A DNA stretch of 64,000 nucleotides from Dudresnaya verticillata (lineage: Eukaryota). The translations under genes were made by a program, and so were the position numbers. Below the pieces are notes generated by a model. That model was given only the letters and a program-made list of their open reading frames with translations, was not told the DNA's origin and did not search any database. Numbering within the stretch: position 1 is the stretch's first letter; each line of letters opens with the position of its first letter. The stretch is taken from NCBI GenBank assembly GCA_977862235.1, contig OZ374557.1, positions 62,001-126,000 of the forward strand. Reading direction: 5' to 3'. Positions 35,170 to 46,606 of the stretch are shown here, in pieces.

Positions 35170-37603
35170 GATCGGTATCTTCTTCGAATTGTTTTCGCAC
35201 GGAGCGGCTTTCGCGAGAACGCGACATCGCTTTCGGTCTCTTCACCGTGCAGCGCGCTTCCTTCGCATCGCAGCGGCTCTCGGAATCGGAATATGCTGAG
35301 TGTCTCGGGGAACGGATTCAGAGGAAGTACGTGACACAACGGGCATCTTCGCCTTTACTCGTTTTCCGAACTCGAACTAGAATCCGAATTGCGAGCGTCC
35401 GCGTCCAAGGGGTTGTTGATCGATCACCTCTTCCGTTATTCGCGGAGTCTTCGTAAGCCTCCAAGGGCAGGTTCGGGTGACTCGACTCAATCGCTTCAAC
35501 GTTTTCACGGACTGCGAGAACCTGTTGACGGCCCGGGTCCTGCGCGTGTCTCGGATTGCGGAGGACGGTCGACGGCCTCGACGGTCAAAGCTGACTTGAC
35601 GCTGGGCTCGGTCCCTCGGGTAGCGCGTATCGACTTGAAGAAGGTCTCGGTTTACGCGATTGTCACGCGATCCTCGGGAGTCTTGTCCACGGTGACCTCG
35701 ATTGTCAACGGACGCGAACGAATTCCCTCTTGCGGCACCGCGATTCACGAACTTATTACGCGTATACGGTCTCATCTCGAGTTGGTAGAGATAGTTTTGA
35801 TACGCGCAGTCGAGTTGTTGCTCCTTCGTGAGATACGGACACGAATACATCAGGTGACCGATTTCGCGACAGAACCAAGACGGCCAAGCATCCTGGTTCT
35901 TCGGGATCATCGAATGCGCCATCTCGATTTACTCCGGGTCATCGGGGGGACATGTGCGGGTACGAAACGCTCGATGCGACTCGTGAGATCTAATGTATCG
36001 ACCACGGAGACCGTTGTCGAAGTAGTCGGTGTAGCGGATGTGGACCCGGTTCCTGAACGAATAATCATCACGGCCATTTGCGGATCTTCGTTCATCGGGT
36101 ACTCGTATTCACTGCCGGGTGTGTCGCAAGCTTCGATAAGCATCGTGCGTCCGGGCGCTTGGCGACTCTTCGGGTACGTAGCGGACGTTCGGTTCTTCGA
36201 ATTACGCCACTGTTGGGCCGCGGTTTCACGTAGTTCGCGAGCTCGGAATGTCGTACCTTCGGCTTACGCGATTCGTTGTACGCTCATGAACTTCTTTTGC
36301 TCGGACAGCGGTAAACGGCGAACCACGTCGGCCACGATAGGGTACGTAGTAGGTAGGAGTCCACGAATAAATTGGTGCGTGAACTGATCGGTATCTTCTT
36401 CGAATTCTTTCGCACGAAGCGTCTTTCGCGAGGACTAGACATCGCTTTCGGTCTCTTCGTCATGCAGCGCGCTTCCTTCGCATCGCAGCGGCTCTCGGAA
36501 TCGGAATATGCGGAGTGTCTCGGGGAACGGATTCAGACGAAGTACGTGACACAATGGGCGTCTTCGCCTTTACTCGTTTTCCGAACTCGAACTAGAATCC
36601 GAATTACGAGCGTACGCGTCAAGAGGGGTGGTTGATCGATCACCTCTTCCGTTATTCGCGGATTCTTCGTAAGCCACCGAGGGCAGGTTCGGGTGACTCG
36701 GCTCAATCGCGCCAACGTTTTCACGGACTGCGAGAACCGGTTGACGGCCCGGGGTCTGCGCGTGTCTCGGATTGCGGAGGACGGTCGGTGGTCCTCGACG
36801 CTCAAAGCTGACTTGACGCTGGGCTCTGTCCCTCGGGTAGCGCGTATCGTCTTGACGAAGATGTCCGTTTACGCGATTGTCACGCGATCCTCGGGAGTCT
36901 TGTCCACGGTGACCTCGATGGTCAACGGACGCGAACGAATTCCCTCTTGCGGCACCGCGATTCACGAAGTTATTACGCATACACGGTCTCGTCTCGAGTT
37001 GATAGAGATAGTTCTGATACGCGCAGTAGAGTTGTTGCTCCTTCGTGAGATACGGACACGAATACATCAGGTGACCGATTTTGCGACAGCACCAACACGG
37101 CCACGCATCCTGGTTCTTCGGGATCATCGAACGCGCCATCTCGATTTGCTCCGGGGTCATCGGTGGGACACGCGCGGGTACGAAACGCTCGATGCGACTC
37201 GTGAGATCTAACGTATCCTCGACGGAGACCGTTGTCGAAGTAGTCGGTGTAGCGGATGTGGACCCGGTTCCTGAACGAATAATCATCACGGCCATTTGCG
37301 GATCTTCGTTCATCGGGTACTCGAATTCACTCCTGGGAGTATCGCAAGCTTCGATAAGCATCGTGCGTCCGGGCGCTTGGCGACTCTTCGGGTACGTAGG
37401 AGACACTCGGTTCTTCGAATCACGCGACTATTGGGCCGCGGGGTCACGTTGTTCGCGAGCTCGGCATTTCGTACCTTTGGCTTGCGCGATTCGTTGTACG
37501 CTCATGAAGTTCTTTTGCTGGGACAACGGTAAACGGCGAACCTGGTCGGCCACGATAGGATACGTAGTAGGTAGTAATCCACGAATAAACTGGTGCGTTA
37601 ACG
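35170..37603 (-). repeat. Tandem duplication (~1216-bp unit) of the gag C-terminus and gag-pol junction
   Basis: GATCGGTATCTTCTTCGAATT starts at both 35170 and 36386; the two units are colinear but diverged. Confidence 0.9.
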
Positions 37604-39026
37604 AAGAGTAATCGTAGACACCTGAGCAGACATCCGCATAGCCTTGTAGACGAGTCGCGAATTCCATCTCAGTTTCTTCGGACTTCTGCTCCGCGGTAAT
37701 CACGCGATCGTATGCGTCAGCGATTACGTCTTCCGTCAGAAATCGCTGTAGTAATACGTTCAAGATAGCGGACCAGCAAACCGGGTTGCCAGTACGAACG
37801 CCTCCGAAGGCATAGTGTTGATACACCTTGAGCGCGGTCTCGTCGAAGAACCACGAAATCGTTCGAACTGCTGCTCCTTCGGTGAGCCCGACTCCGTTCA
37901 GCGCTTGTCGAATATCACGAAGAAATGCGAGAAACTTAATCGGATCGCGTCCCGTAAACTTCTCCAGTCTCGGCATCATCGAACGCATGCGCGAAACGGT
38001 TTTCGACGTGTTACCTCGGAAGACTTCGTGTTGATTATCCCGAGGTGACGAATTCGTGAGTCGATACGATCGATAGCTTACGGTCCGCGCGAATTTGGGG
38101 ATGAGCGTCGGTATCGGTTCGACGCCCGGCTCGAGCGGTCCCCAGTGCCAGAACGATGACACGGATCCCGCGAGCGATAACGGATTTTCGATTACGGGTC
38201 CTCCGGGGGACATCGGTGGTTGAAGTGAAGCTCGGAATACTGCGGGGTTGATACGGGGGTTGTCGGAGGCATCGGTTGCCTGATGCGACAAAGCATGCGG
38301 GGACTGATTCGGATACTTGTTTTTCGGTAACGTAGATTGGGCACCCGGGCCTTGCACGGGTTGAACTAGCGGCGAATTGCGGGGGTCAGGACGGGCTTCG
38401 GGACGATCTTCGCGAGTTCGAGTCTTTTCCTTCGGTAACGCGGCGGACACGATGTCTCGAATAGCGTTCAACTGTTCCTCCGAGAATGCGTGCGAGCTGC
38501 GAACGGGAGGCGAGTGAATCGCCTTGCCCACGGGGGCGGATACGTTGCGCTCGAGCACGAGAAACCGGTTGCTGGCTCCCGAGACGAGATCCCGGAGACT
38601 CTCGAGCGAGTCTTCGATCCTACGGACCTTGCCAGCGCGGAAATTGTCGAACACTGCGTGAACTCGATTATGCATATTACGAATGGAGAGCTGCGTGATA
38701 CGGTACGCAGTGGAAAGCGCGTCGATGATATCTTCGTAGAGTAAACGTAGTTCTGTACCGGAGACTTTCTTCGCCGAGAAGAGTCGATCGACGGTATCCG
38801 AGGGAACGATTTCCAACGGAGTGTACGTATACGAAAGGTCGGACTGGCTACCGTGAGCCTCCGAATGCAAGTCTGTGCGAAGATCGGGTACCGTTATTCG
38901 TGAAGCGCGAGTGCGAGAAAACGGTTCTCGGTAACTCCCGTTCGAGTCGAACAACGGGAGCTCCGGAATCAGTACGTCATCGGGTTTCCGTACCGGCGAA
39001 TCGGGACGACTCGGACCGTGAGACAT
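36570..39026 (-). pseudogene. Gag of Gypsy family B
   Basis: 532-aa and 278-aa pieces with YRL, FTGRDP, FIRGL and the zinc knuckle CWCCRKIGHLMYSC. Confidence 0.85.
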
Positions 39027-39097
39027 CGTGTCTCGGATGGAAACGAATTACGAATAAATGCGAAACTTCGGGACCACGCTCTAGGCCGGGAGATCAG

Positions 39098-39940
39098 TGT
39101 GGTATAACGAAGTCCATGGTGACGCGGGGAAGTCTCGCACTGTAAGGAATGGCCTCGGAGCCTAAAAAATGGCCTCGTAGCCTAACGGAGAAAGAAAAAG
39201 GGGTGGTAGCGTGGTAGAGCGCAGCGACCAACACGAAGGACCACGGTGTCAACGTATTCGTGTGCGGAAGGGAGAACTCGAGCGATCGATCACCGGGGAT
39301 GACTCCTGGTGCGTGGGCTATCGAAAGCGAGGCTCGACCGTATCCGCGGTCACAAAGACGGAGACACCGAACTCGAAGAAACAGGCTTTTACAGAAGACT
39401 CCGAGGTCCGGGCGTTAGTCGCTTACCGGGAAACCCTCGGAGGTTGTACCAGACGACTGGCTAAGAAATACTACGTGAGCACGAATACACGTCAACGCGG
39501 GAGACGGTTCGTACTCGAATGATTCGTAACGGCCTCGGTGCCAACGAACGGTCGCCTCACGTATGGTGGCGGCTACGAAGTGTGCCAGCGATCCATACGG
39601 AGGTGCGCGCGCCTCGTGGGCCTCGGTGCCGTTACGCACGGGAAACAACGGGAAAGTCACGAAGGTGTCGGCGATTTCGTATCGGGTGCGCACTGTAATG
39701 CGAATTCCATCGTGGTGCGCGCGATCACGAAGTCAGCTCAGATTTCGTCCGGAGGTGTCAGCGATTTCGTATCACATGCGTGCTATATTGCGAATGCCAT
39801 CGTGGCACGCGCAGAGTATGCGCACTGTAATACGTTTGCCATCGTGGCGTGCGCATTCACGGAGTCACTTCGAAATTCGTATTTCTCGATTATTTTCACG
39901 TAGACCACGGAGTCGTTTTGCGCATAACGTCTATACCACA
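39098..39940 (-). repeat. 5' LTR of Gypsy family B
   Basis: TGTGGTATA...TATACCACA termini; adjacent to the PBS. Confidence 0.93.
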
Positions 39941-39945
39941 TCACT

Positions 39946-42900
39946 ACCAGTATGTATTTCTAGTTTTTACATCACTAGCAGTATGTTTTTCTCCAGTATC
40001 GCCTTGTGTCTGCTTCGTACCAGAAGAAACCATAGGTACCTGCGGCACGTTTTTGGCTTTTATCAAGTCGTCTCTTGCGGCATCCTTCTCAAGCGTACTC
40101 GAGGTGCCAACTTTTCGTGAATCCGACTTCTTTTCACTGCTAGCATTACCAGCCTTGTGTCTCTAAATAAGTGCAGGGACCGAGCTGGAGCTGGCTCGAG
40201 TATTGTAACGATACTTTTGTTCTTCACCAGATCCATTAGCTCCTTACGTCGGCGAACGTCAGTAGTTCTCGGCGTCTCTGGCTGTGTTAACTCAACTGCC
40301 AAACGGTGATCACCTTGAAGTCCAGCCGTCCATATTCGATGCCAAACGGGAAACGTGTTAAGGGTCAAACTATCCCCAATTACAATGAGGAGCTTACGCG
40401 CCTGACTAACGGCGACATTGAAGCGCTTTCTGTCCTTGAGAAACCCAAAATCCCCACACTTATTTCTGCGTGTGCAGCTGAAGATAACTATATCACGTTC
40501 TGATCCTTGCATCGCATCAACAGTTCCAATGACGATCTTGAAGTTTCGTCTGAGCGCGATATGGCGCGAGAATAGCAATCTTGCCGCTGAGACTCTCCTT
40601 CCCCATTCCGGCTCTTCGTTGGATAGCTTCAAGGCGACGCAGAATTTTCTCGATTTCTGAAGTCTCCAGCGCATTAATCTTTCCAGTGCCAACCGACCTT
40701 TCAGTTCTAGAAAGGCACTGGGAAGTATCAATAATCGTAAACGGCGCAAACGCATCGCGGTCCTTTTCTCCCTGGTTGTAGGTGTCCAAATGCTGGGGAA
40801 GGACACCTGCATGGGACACAAGCCCTCTGTAGAACGTTTCGGAATGCATCTTCCCTATGGTGGGATGCATGCGTTACTGCAAATCCAGCCTTTCACTCGG
40901 AGCCCTTCTCCGTTCCTTCAGCCTCTCAAACATTGAGACGAACTACTGTGAGAAGTTGACCCTAACCGGGATACGAATCTGTCTCAGCAGAGTCTTGTAC
41001 ATTGCTTTGAATGAGACACGGCGGTCAGCTGGTTGTGGTCTCCGACCAGTATCACGTGCTTCCGCCCAGATTTTTCATCCATTTCCGCAATGGGGATCAT
41101 ATTATCCATCTCAATACATGCACCAGCCTCGTCGCAAATGATGAAGTCATAACGGACGCCGAGGTTCTTGAATGTCGCACCACCAACTGTAGAGTTTGTC
41201 GCCAGGACTACTACAGTCTTCTTAACCATATTCCTAATGGCTTCCTTACTCACACTGATCTCTCCATTCTCCTCTCCCATTTCCTTAGTCCCACCCCTCT
41301 CCCGTAGAGCCATTTACTCATCAAGTCTCTTTTGAAATGATGAGTACTGCTTCAATTCACTGTAATCGTACCTGTGTCGCCCAACTCGAAGAATATTGGG
41401 GACAGTAATGTCCCCACCCGCGTCACTGTGAATCTGGATTCCCTCCAATATCTTCCTCGCTACATTATCCACAGCTTGGTTACTACGCGCTGTAACCAAA
41501 ATGCGTGCGATGTCCAGGTCTCCATCATGGATGACGAGTTTGTCCGCGATTGCTTTCTTCCGAGTCCGGAAATGTACCTGGCCAACCGTGCTATGGTGCA
41601 TAATGCACGCAATCAAGTTGCAGATAGTCGATGTCTTCCCAGTGCCTGGTGGACCGTGAGTCAAGGACAGTGATCTTGTCCCATGTGAACAGTCTCCAGC
41701 TTCTTGAAGCACTGTGAGGAGTGCTCTCTTCTGTGTGTCATTGCAACGAACCATTTCCTGCAAGTAGCTAACGCAGCCTTGGTCAACACCTCCTTCCAGT
41801 GCCTGTAGGGCTACATTGGGGTTCGTCTCCGATCGCTTCGCATATCCAAATTCATACTGCGATCCCGGTGTCTGCGGTATCGCATTACCGAACAAAGCAT
41901 GCTGCAATCGTTTCGACAGAACATCTACTTTGTGAACAGCCCGATACATTCGCTGAGTAGCAGCCAGAGATGAGAACGGTCGCAATAGGATATGGTCTCC
42001 CTTGCGTGGGGAGAATTTCTTCATGAGGACCAAGTTCCCGCACCCCCGAAGCTTCAACCTGTCAATACCCCTATCTCCCCCAGTGTTTCCAACCTTGTCA
42101 CTATCACTAGACGCCACACTAACGGATCGAATGGGGAAGAGAAAGGGAGGCGAATCCGCTGGACCATCCAAAAGCTTCCTTTTCTGAGAATTCTTTTTCT
42201 TTCGCACCAGGAAAGCCACAGCTAGTGTCATCCCTAGCATGGACTCGAACAGCTTCATCGTCAGGTTAGAATCCATGCTCTTTCTCCCGATGTTGACCAA
42301 AAGAGATGAGTTGTAAACGTTAGTAATCTGGAAGTCAGTGAACTGACTCCTTTTCTTCACATCATGTGCATAGGCAGGCATTGATATACCAAGCGACGGG
42401 TACATTTTGAAAAACTCCGTCTTCACCTGGTAGAACAGTTCAAGGAATAGTATTGTCTTGCAATGTTTGGAGTACTCAGAGTGGTTCTGGCAAAGAGTTA
42501 TGTCCCTTTTAACATCCTTCAAGTTCCGTTCGAGGAACTTAACGGTCCAGTAATGCCTACTGGGGGAGAGCAAGGAAGCATCCGGATGACTCGGGTCGAC
42601 CGAAAGTCCAGTTATCTCCGCGTAGCAGATCTCCAAGTCCACATCAAGGGTGGTATTTGAATTCCTGACCGCCCTGACCTCCTCCTCTTCTTTATCTATC
42701 AACGCACATAGTTCCACGTTCTCGTTCTCTGAATCGACGTAGTCCAGATCGAACCGTTCTTCATGCACCTCCCTTTTCACGAGCTCTTCTCGCAAAGCAT
42801 CCAAATCTCCATCGAACCTTTGTTGTAGCTCTTGGACACCATCCGTCCCCCCGGGTTTTTCTGTCAGCTCATTTCTCATCGAGCGCAAGTACTCACCATT

Positions 42901-44626
42901 CCCTGGATGTGATGGGTTTGCGGGGCCATGCGGATTAGCGCGGTTCCAAGCCTGTTTCAGACCTGTCCAGGCAGGGGCATCAAAGAACGGGTTCGCCATC
43001 ATTTCGTACTGTCTTGATGGACCCGCCGCCGCGGGACTATCACGACCTGGAGGACCGACAACGTAGGATGGTCCGGGAGCCCGTCCGGTACCGGCTCTAG
43101 AGACTGCATAGTTGCCATAGCCCAATGTTGAGTTCGGTCCATCAGAGGTGGGTACTGCAACGTATCGGTCGGGACTCCTTCTGCACGCTGGCGGACTTGG
43201 AGAATTGCTGAGTCGAAGCTGAGCACCGCCTTCGGGAATCCGCCATGCAAATCCCGTCTCGCGTGCCATGGTGCGTGCTCCAGTTGATGGCAGGCCAGAG
43301 GTTCCATAAGACTTTTCATCTGTTCCATAACGTTCTGCCGAAGGTGCATGCGCATTTACTTCGTTCGTAGGCATAGCCGCATCAGAGTTACTACGGGAAC
43401 ACTGCCCAACCCGGCGGCGCTTAGCCGGGCTATGATCCATATCCTTCATCGGCACTGGCTGCGAACGAATAGGAACACCACGCCTTTGAGTACAATCCAT
43501 GACGTGACCATCATGGTGATGAGCACACGGTCCGTTACGGAGTGGGACAGAACCTCTGACAGCGCAGATAGCAGGACTGGTCGCAGCTGGGTGAGCTGGT
43601 TTGTCCCGACTCTCTCCAGTTCTATCCTTGAGGATGAGTTCCGCTGGTTTCACACCAGGAACTAGACGCCTTGTCCACACATTTCTGCACGTTTCCTCTG
43701 GAGTAAATGTATATCCAACACCGCTTAGAGGCTGCCCAGGATGCTTCTGGACGCAGTCCAGTGATACCCCCGGCTTTACGGCCTCTTCAACAAAGCGTAG
43801 GTTCGACACGGTATTGAGTTTGGCGTGGTACAGCGTTCGCCCTTCTCATACTTAGAATTGTCTTTGCATAGATTCTGTCCATCGCCTTTTGCAGCTCAAT
43901 ACATGGTGCCAGTCTACTGCTCTGCAGAATCCATATGAGCAGCTTTTCCACAAAAAAGTGGCACCAAGACTCCACACATTGGTCTAGTTCTCTCATCGAG
44001 ATACGCATTTCAGGTCCAGTCACAGTGGACTGCAACTGGGCAGCGAGGTCCTCAGTTTGGATTTTCATTACTGTTGTGGCAAGTTGCCACCCGCTACACA
44101 TGGCGAGAGTATCGAACAATTCTCCAGATTGGCTCGGCATCGCTCGCGACAGCCAGGATCCGGAAGTGAAACGGTTGAAAATACCAATAAGCTTCTGATG
44201 CACCTCCTCGGATGGTTGCTTTTAGCCTGATAGCATCACCGCAAGCCAGCCACATAGCGTCCCAGAAATAGATGCGAACTGCAGAAACGTTATCTCGCAT
44301 TTCAGTCGAGCATCGTTATCAAACATTCGGGCAACGTCTTGCACAAACAGAAAGTCTTCGTGAAGCACAAATCTGTCCGAGGCTGCTTCGGCAAGAGAAG
44401 ATCCGGTAGGAAGGTCGAAACCATCTATAAGTTCCAAGGGGAAGTATCCTGGAGACCTCTCTGGGATGTCAACAGACTTTTTCCATTCTTCCTGGTCGAG
44501 AACTCGGAGCTGAAAGTTCCTCGTTAGGAAGTCCCGACCGCGCGGACTCCAGCGTGAGATTATTTCTTGACCCCGGCTAGCGCGAGCCAGCTCTGGCGCG
44601 GGGTCAGGCGTCTGCAGATGAGACAT
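39946..44626 (-). pseudogene. UPF1/SEN1/DNA2-like superfamily 1 helicase, disrupted
   Basis: HGPPGTGKT, ILVTARSNQAVD, DEAG, ILVGDHNQL, RMHPTI, LAPYRAQ, TVDAMQGSERDIVIFSCTR and RFNVAVSQAR occur across frameshifted pieces. Upstream pieces 43787-44203 and 44222-44626 are co-oriented, and their inclusion is inferred. Confidence 0.85.
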
Positions 44627-45018
44627 AGTTTGGTTTTCAGCGCCCGCACGCGAAAGGGAAAAAGTAGGCTGGGAAGAGTTGGTACACAGCGCACGCATGC
44701 CCGTCAAGTCTATACGCAAGGTCCCGATGTTCCGGCACGGAATTAGGCACAGGCACCCCGAGGTTGGTTGTTGGTCAGGTCGGTACCGCGGTTGCGCCAA
44801 CAAGAATTCCCTCTTGTTGGCAACGAGCAGCAGAAGTCGGGATGATGTATGTGGTGGGTGGCGGGTGAGGGCGGAAGCAGGTGCGGGGCCGACTGGGGTG
44901 GCAGGTCGAGCTTATCATCAGGCCCTCCCCACGGGCGTGGCCCTCGAGTGTCGATCACCGCGGCGCGCGCGGTCGGTATACCGAAACTCGAAGCACGCGC
45001 GCGTGGCGTGCGAACCCT

Positions 45019-45142
45019 GATTTGATCCGGATCAAAACTGAGCGCCAATAATCTGCACACAGGTGTGTTATCGCAATTGTAGCGACAGGCCCAATCCAGA
45101 TTTGATCCGGATCAGACTGCGGCGCCAATGATGCGCACGCAC
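45019..45142. repeat. Imperfect direct repeat pair containing the GATCCGGATC palindrome
   Basis: GATTTGATCCGGATCA.ACTG.G.GCCAAT near 45020 and 45100. Confidence 0.8.
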
Positions 45143-46485
45143 AGCGCCGGAACGTGGGGTGGTCGTACAGTGCAGTGCAGATACTGTTAACAGTTTACAA
45201 TTGTAAATACCCAGGTGGCAGCTGGTTAGCTGCGATCCCTGCAGCAACTCTCCGTTGATTATAACGTCGGTGCGCCTTGCGCATTCGCAATAGGGCCAAA
45301 AGGCAGCAAGGCTGCCCCGGATCAGTCCAATTGGACATAAGCGCGGGAACATTTGAGGTGGCATTTTGACATTTTTCGATTTTCGGCACGCGACAGCCTG
45401 GCTCTGCTTTTCTGCGGCAGAATTGCACCATCGTCACGAGCAAGACCTCTCTAGATGGGTCAAAATGGCCGCTTTCCCTGCAAGTGGGTGTTCCCCATGA
45501 GCTGACCCCAAAAAGACACCGGGAACGAGACGCAGAATGCTCAACTTGGTCTTCTATGTAGTTTATTTTTGAAGATGTTCAAGTAGGTTCATCCACCGAA
45601 CTACTACTAACTATAGAATACTGTTTGTAGTAGTACTATGTAGTAGTACATTACATCGATGACCGAGCTAGAACCTATCCTGATTTCATTACTGCCACTA
45701 CGTTCCCTGGGCTCCATGCGACTGCGCTGTGGCATTCCGGTCAAAAACGAAGGCCTGGAAGTAGCAGAACAGCATCCACCCCCTTAAAAAGGCCCTTTTT
45801 AAACCCTTTCGAAATTGTATCGGCCATATCTTCCAAACTTGCAGCCCAAACCCAACCATTTCCACACCCTTTACTATTCATAGCACATACAATATTATGC
45901 ACAAGAAACATCTGTACTTGATGGCTTATTGTCGGCTTCTTAGAGCTTTCCCAGTTCTTCCAGGTATAGAAGCCGTCTGTACTGAAAGAAGTGTAAGCCA
46001 TTCAGCAATTTCCATTGGACAAAATTATTATTTTTGCTGCGTATTAATTTTGGGTAACGACGCCGCAGCACAGCGGCTGTGATTTTTCCTATCGGCGAGA
46101 TCGCCACCATGACGCTTTGATGGCGTCCAAGGCATATTAATTGTGGGTAATGGCGGCGCTGATAATTTTTCTATTGGCCAGATCGCTATCACGGCGTCAT
46201 GATGGTGTCCAAGGAATTACCGCGCGGTGCAGCGCTGCCTGCTTCCCGAGAGCGCGTCGGAGCGCGCCAATTCACATGGGGCCAAATGCGAATGCGAGCG
46301 CACCAAATCCGAAAGCACCCAATCACCCAGCCCCCGACGCCTTCCCCATCATCGCTACGCACCCTACCGCTGCCCTCGATTCTCTTCCCTACCACCCTGC
46401 GCCCGCTTCCCTCACTCGGCCCCTGGGTGCTCAACGTTTCATCAAAACCCGCTCCCCTTTCCTATATCTCTCTCCTTTCCCTTCT

Positions 46486-46593
46486 CGTGCGGGCGCTGTT
46501 CACACACACTTTTTTCTGGTCAAGGCCTTTTCGCGTGCGGGCGCTGTTCACACACACTTTTTCTGGTCAAGGCCTTTTCACGTGCGGGCGCTG
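46486..46593 (+). promoter_or_regulatory. Three CGTGCGGGCGCTG boxes in a ~47-bp tandem repeat just upstream of the transposase ATG
   Basis: Boxes at 46486, 46534 and 46581; TATA-like CTATAT at ~46462; ATG at 46607. Confidence 0.6.
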
Positions 46594-46606
46594 AATAACT
46601 ACTGCA

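Larger units (their letters stand above)
28297..39940 (-). mobile_element. Ty3/Gypsy chromovirus, family B, full length and degenerate
   Basis: 843-bp LTRs, TSD TCACT (28292-28296 and 39941-39945), PBS at ~39081-39096, PPT at ~29143-29153, and gag-PR-RT-RH-IN-chromodomain on the minus strand. Confidence 0.95.

Noticed and set aside
35389..36387. 332-aa plus-strand ORF
   Set aside because: It is the antisense shadow of the duplicated gag region, and the frame is broken in the paralogous units.
46486..46593. CRISPR-like repeat-spacer array
   Set aside because: The intervening sequences are themselves repeated, there are no cas genes, and the context is eukaryotic.
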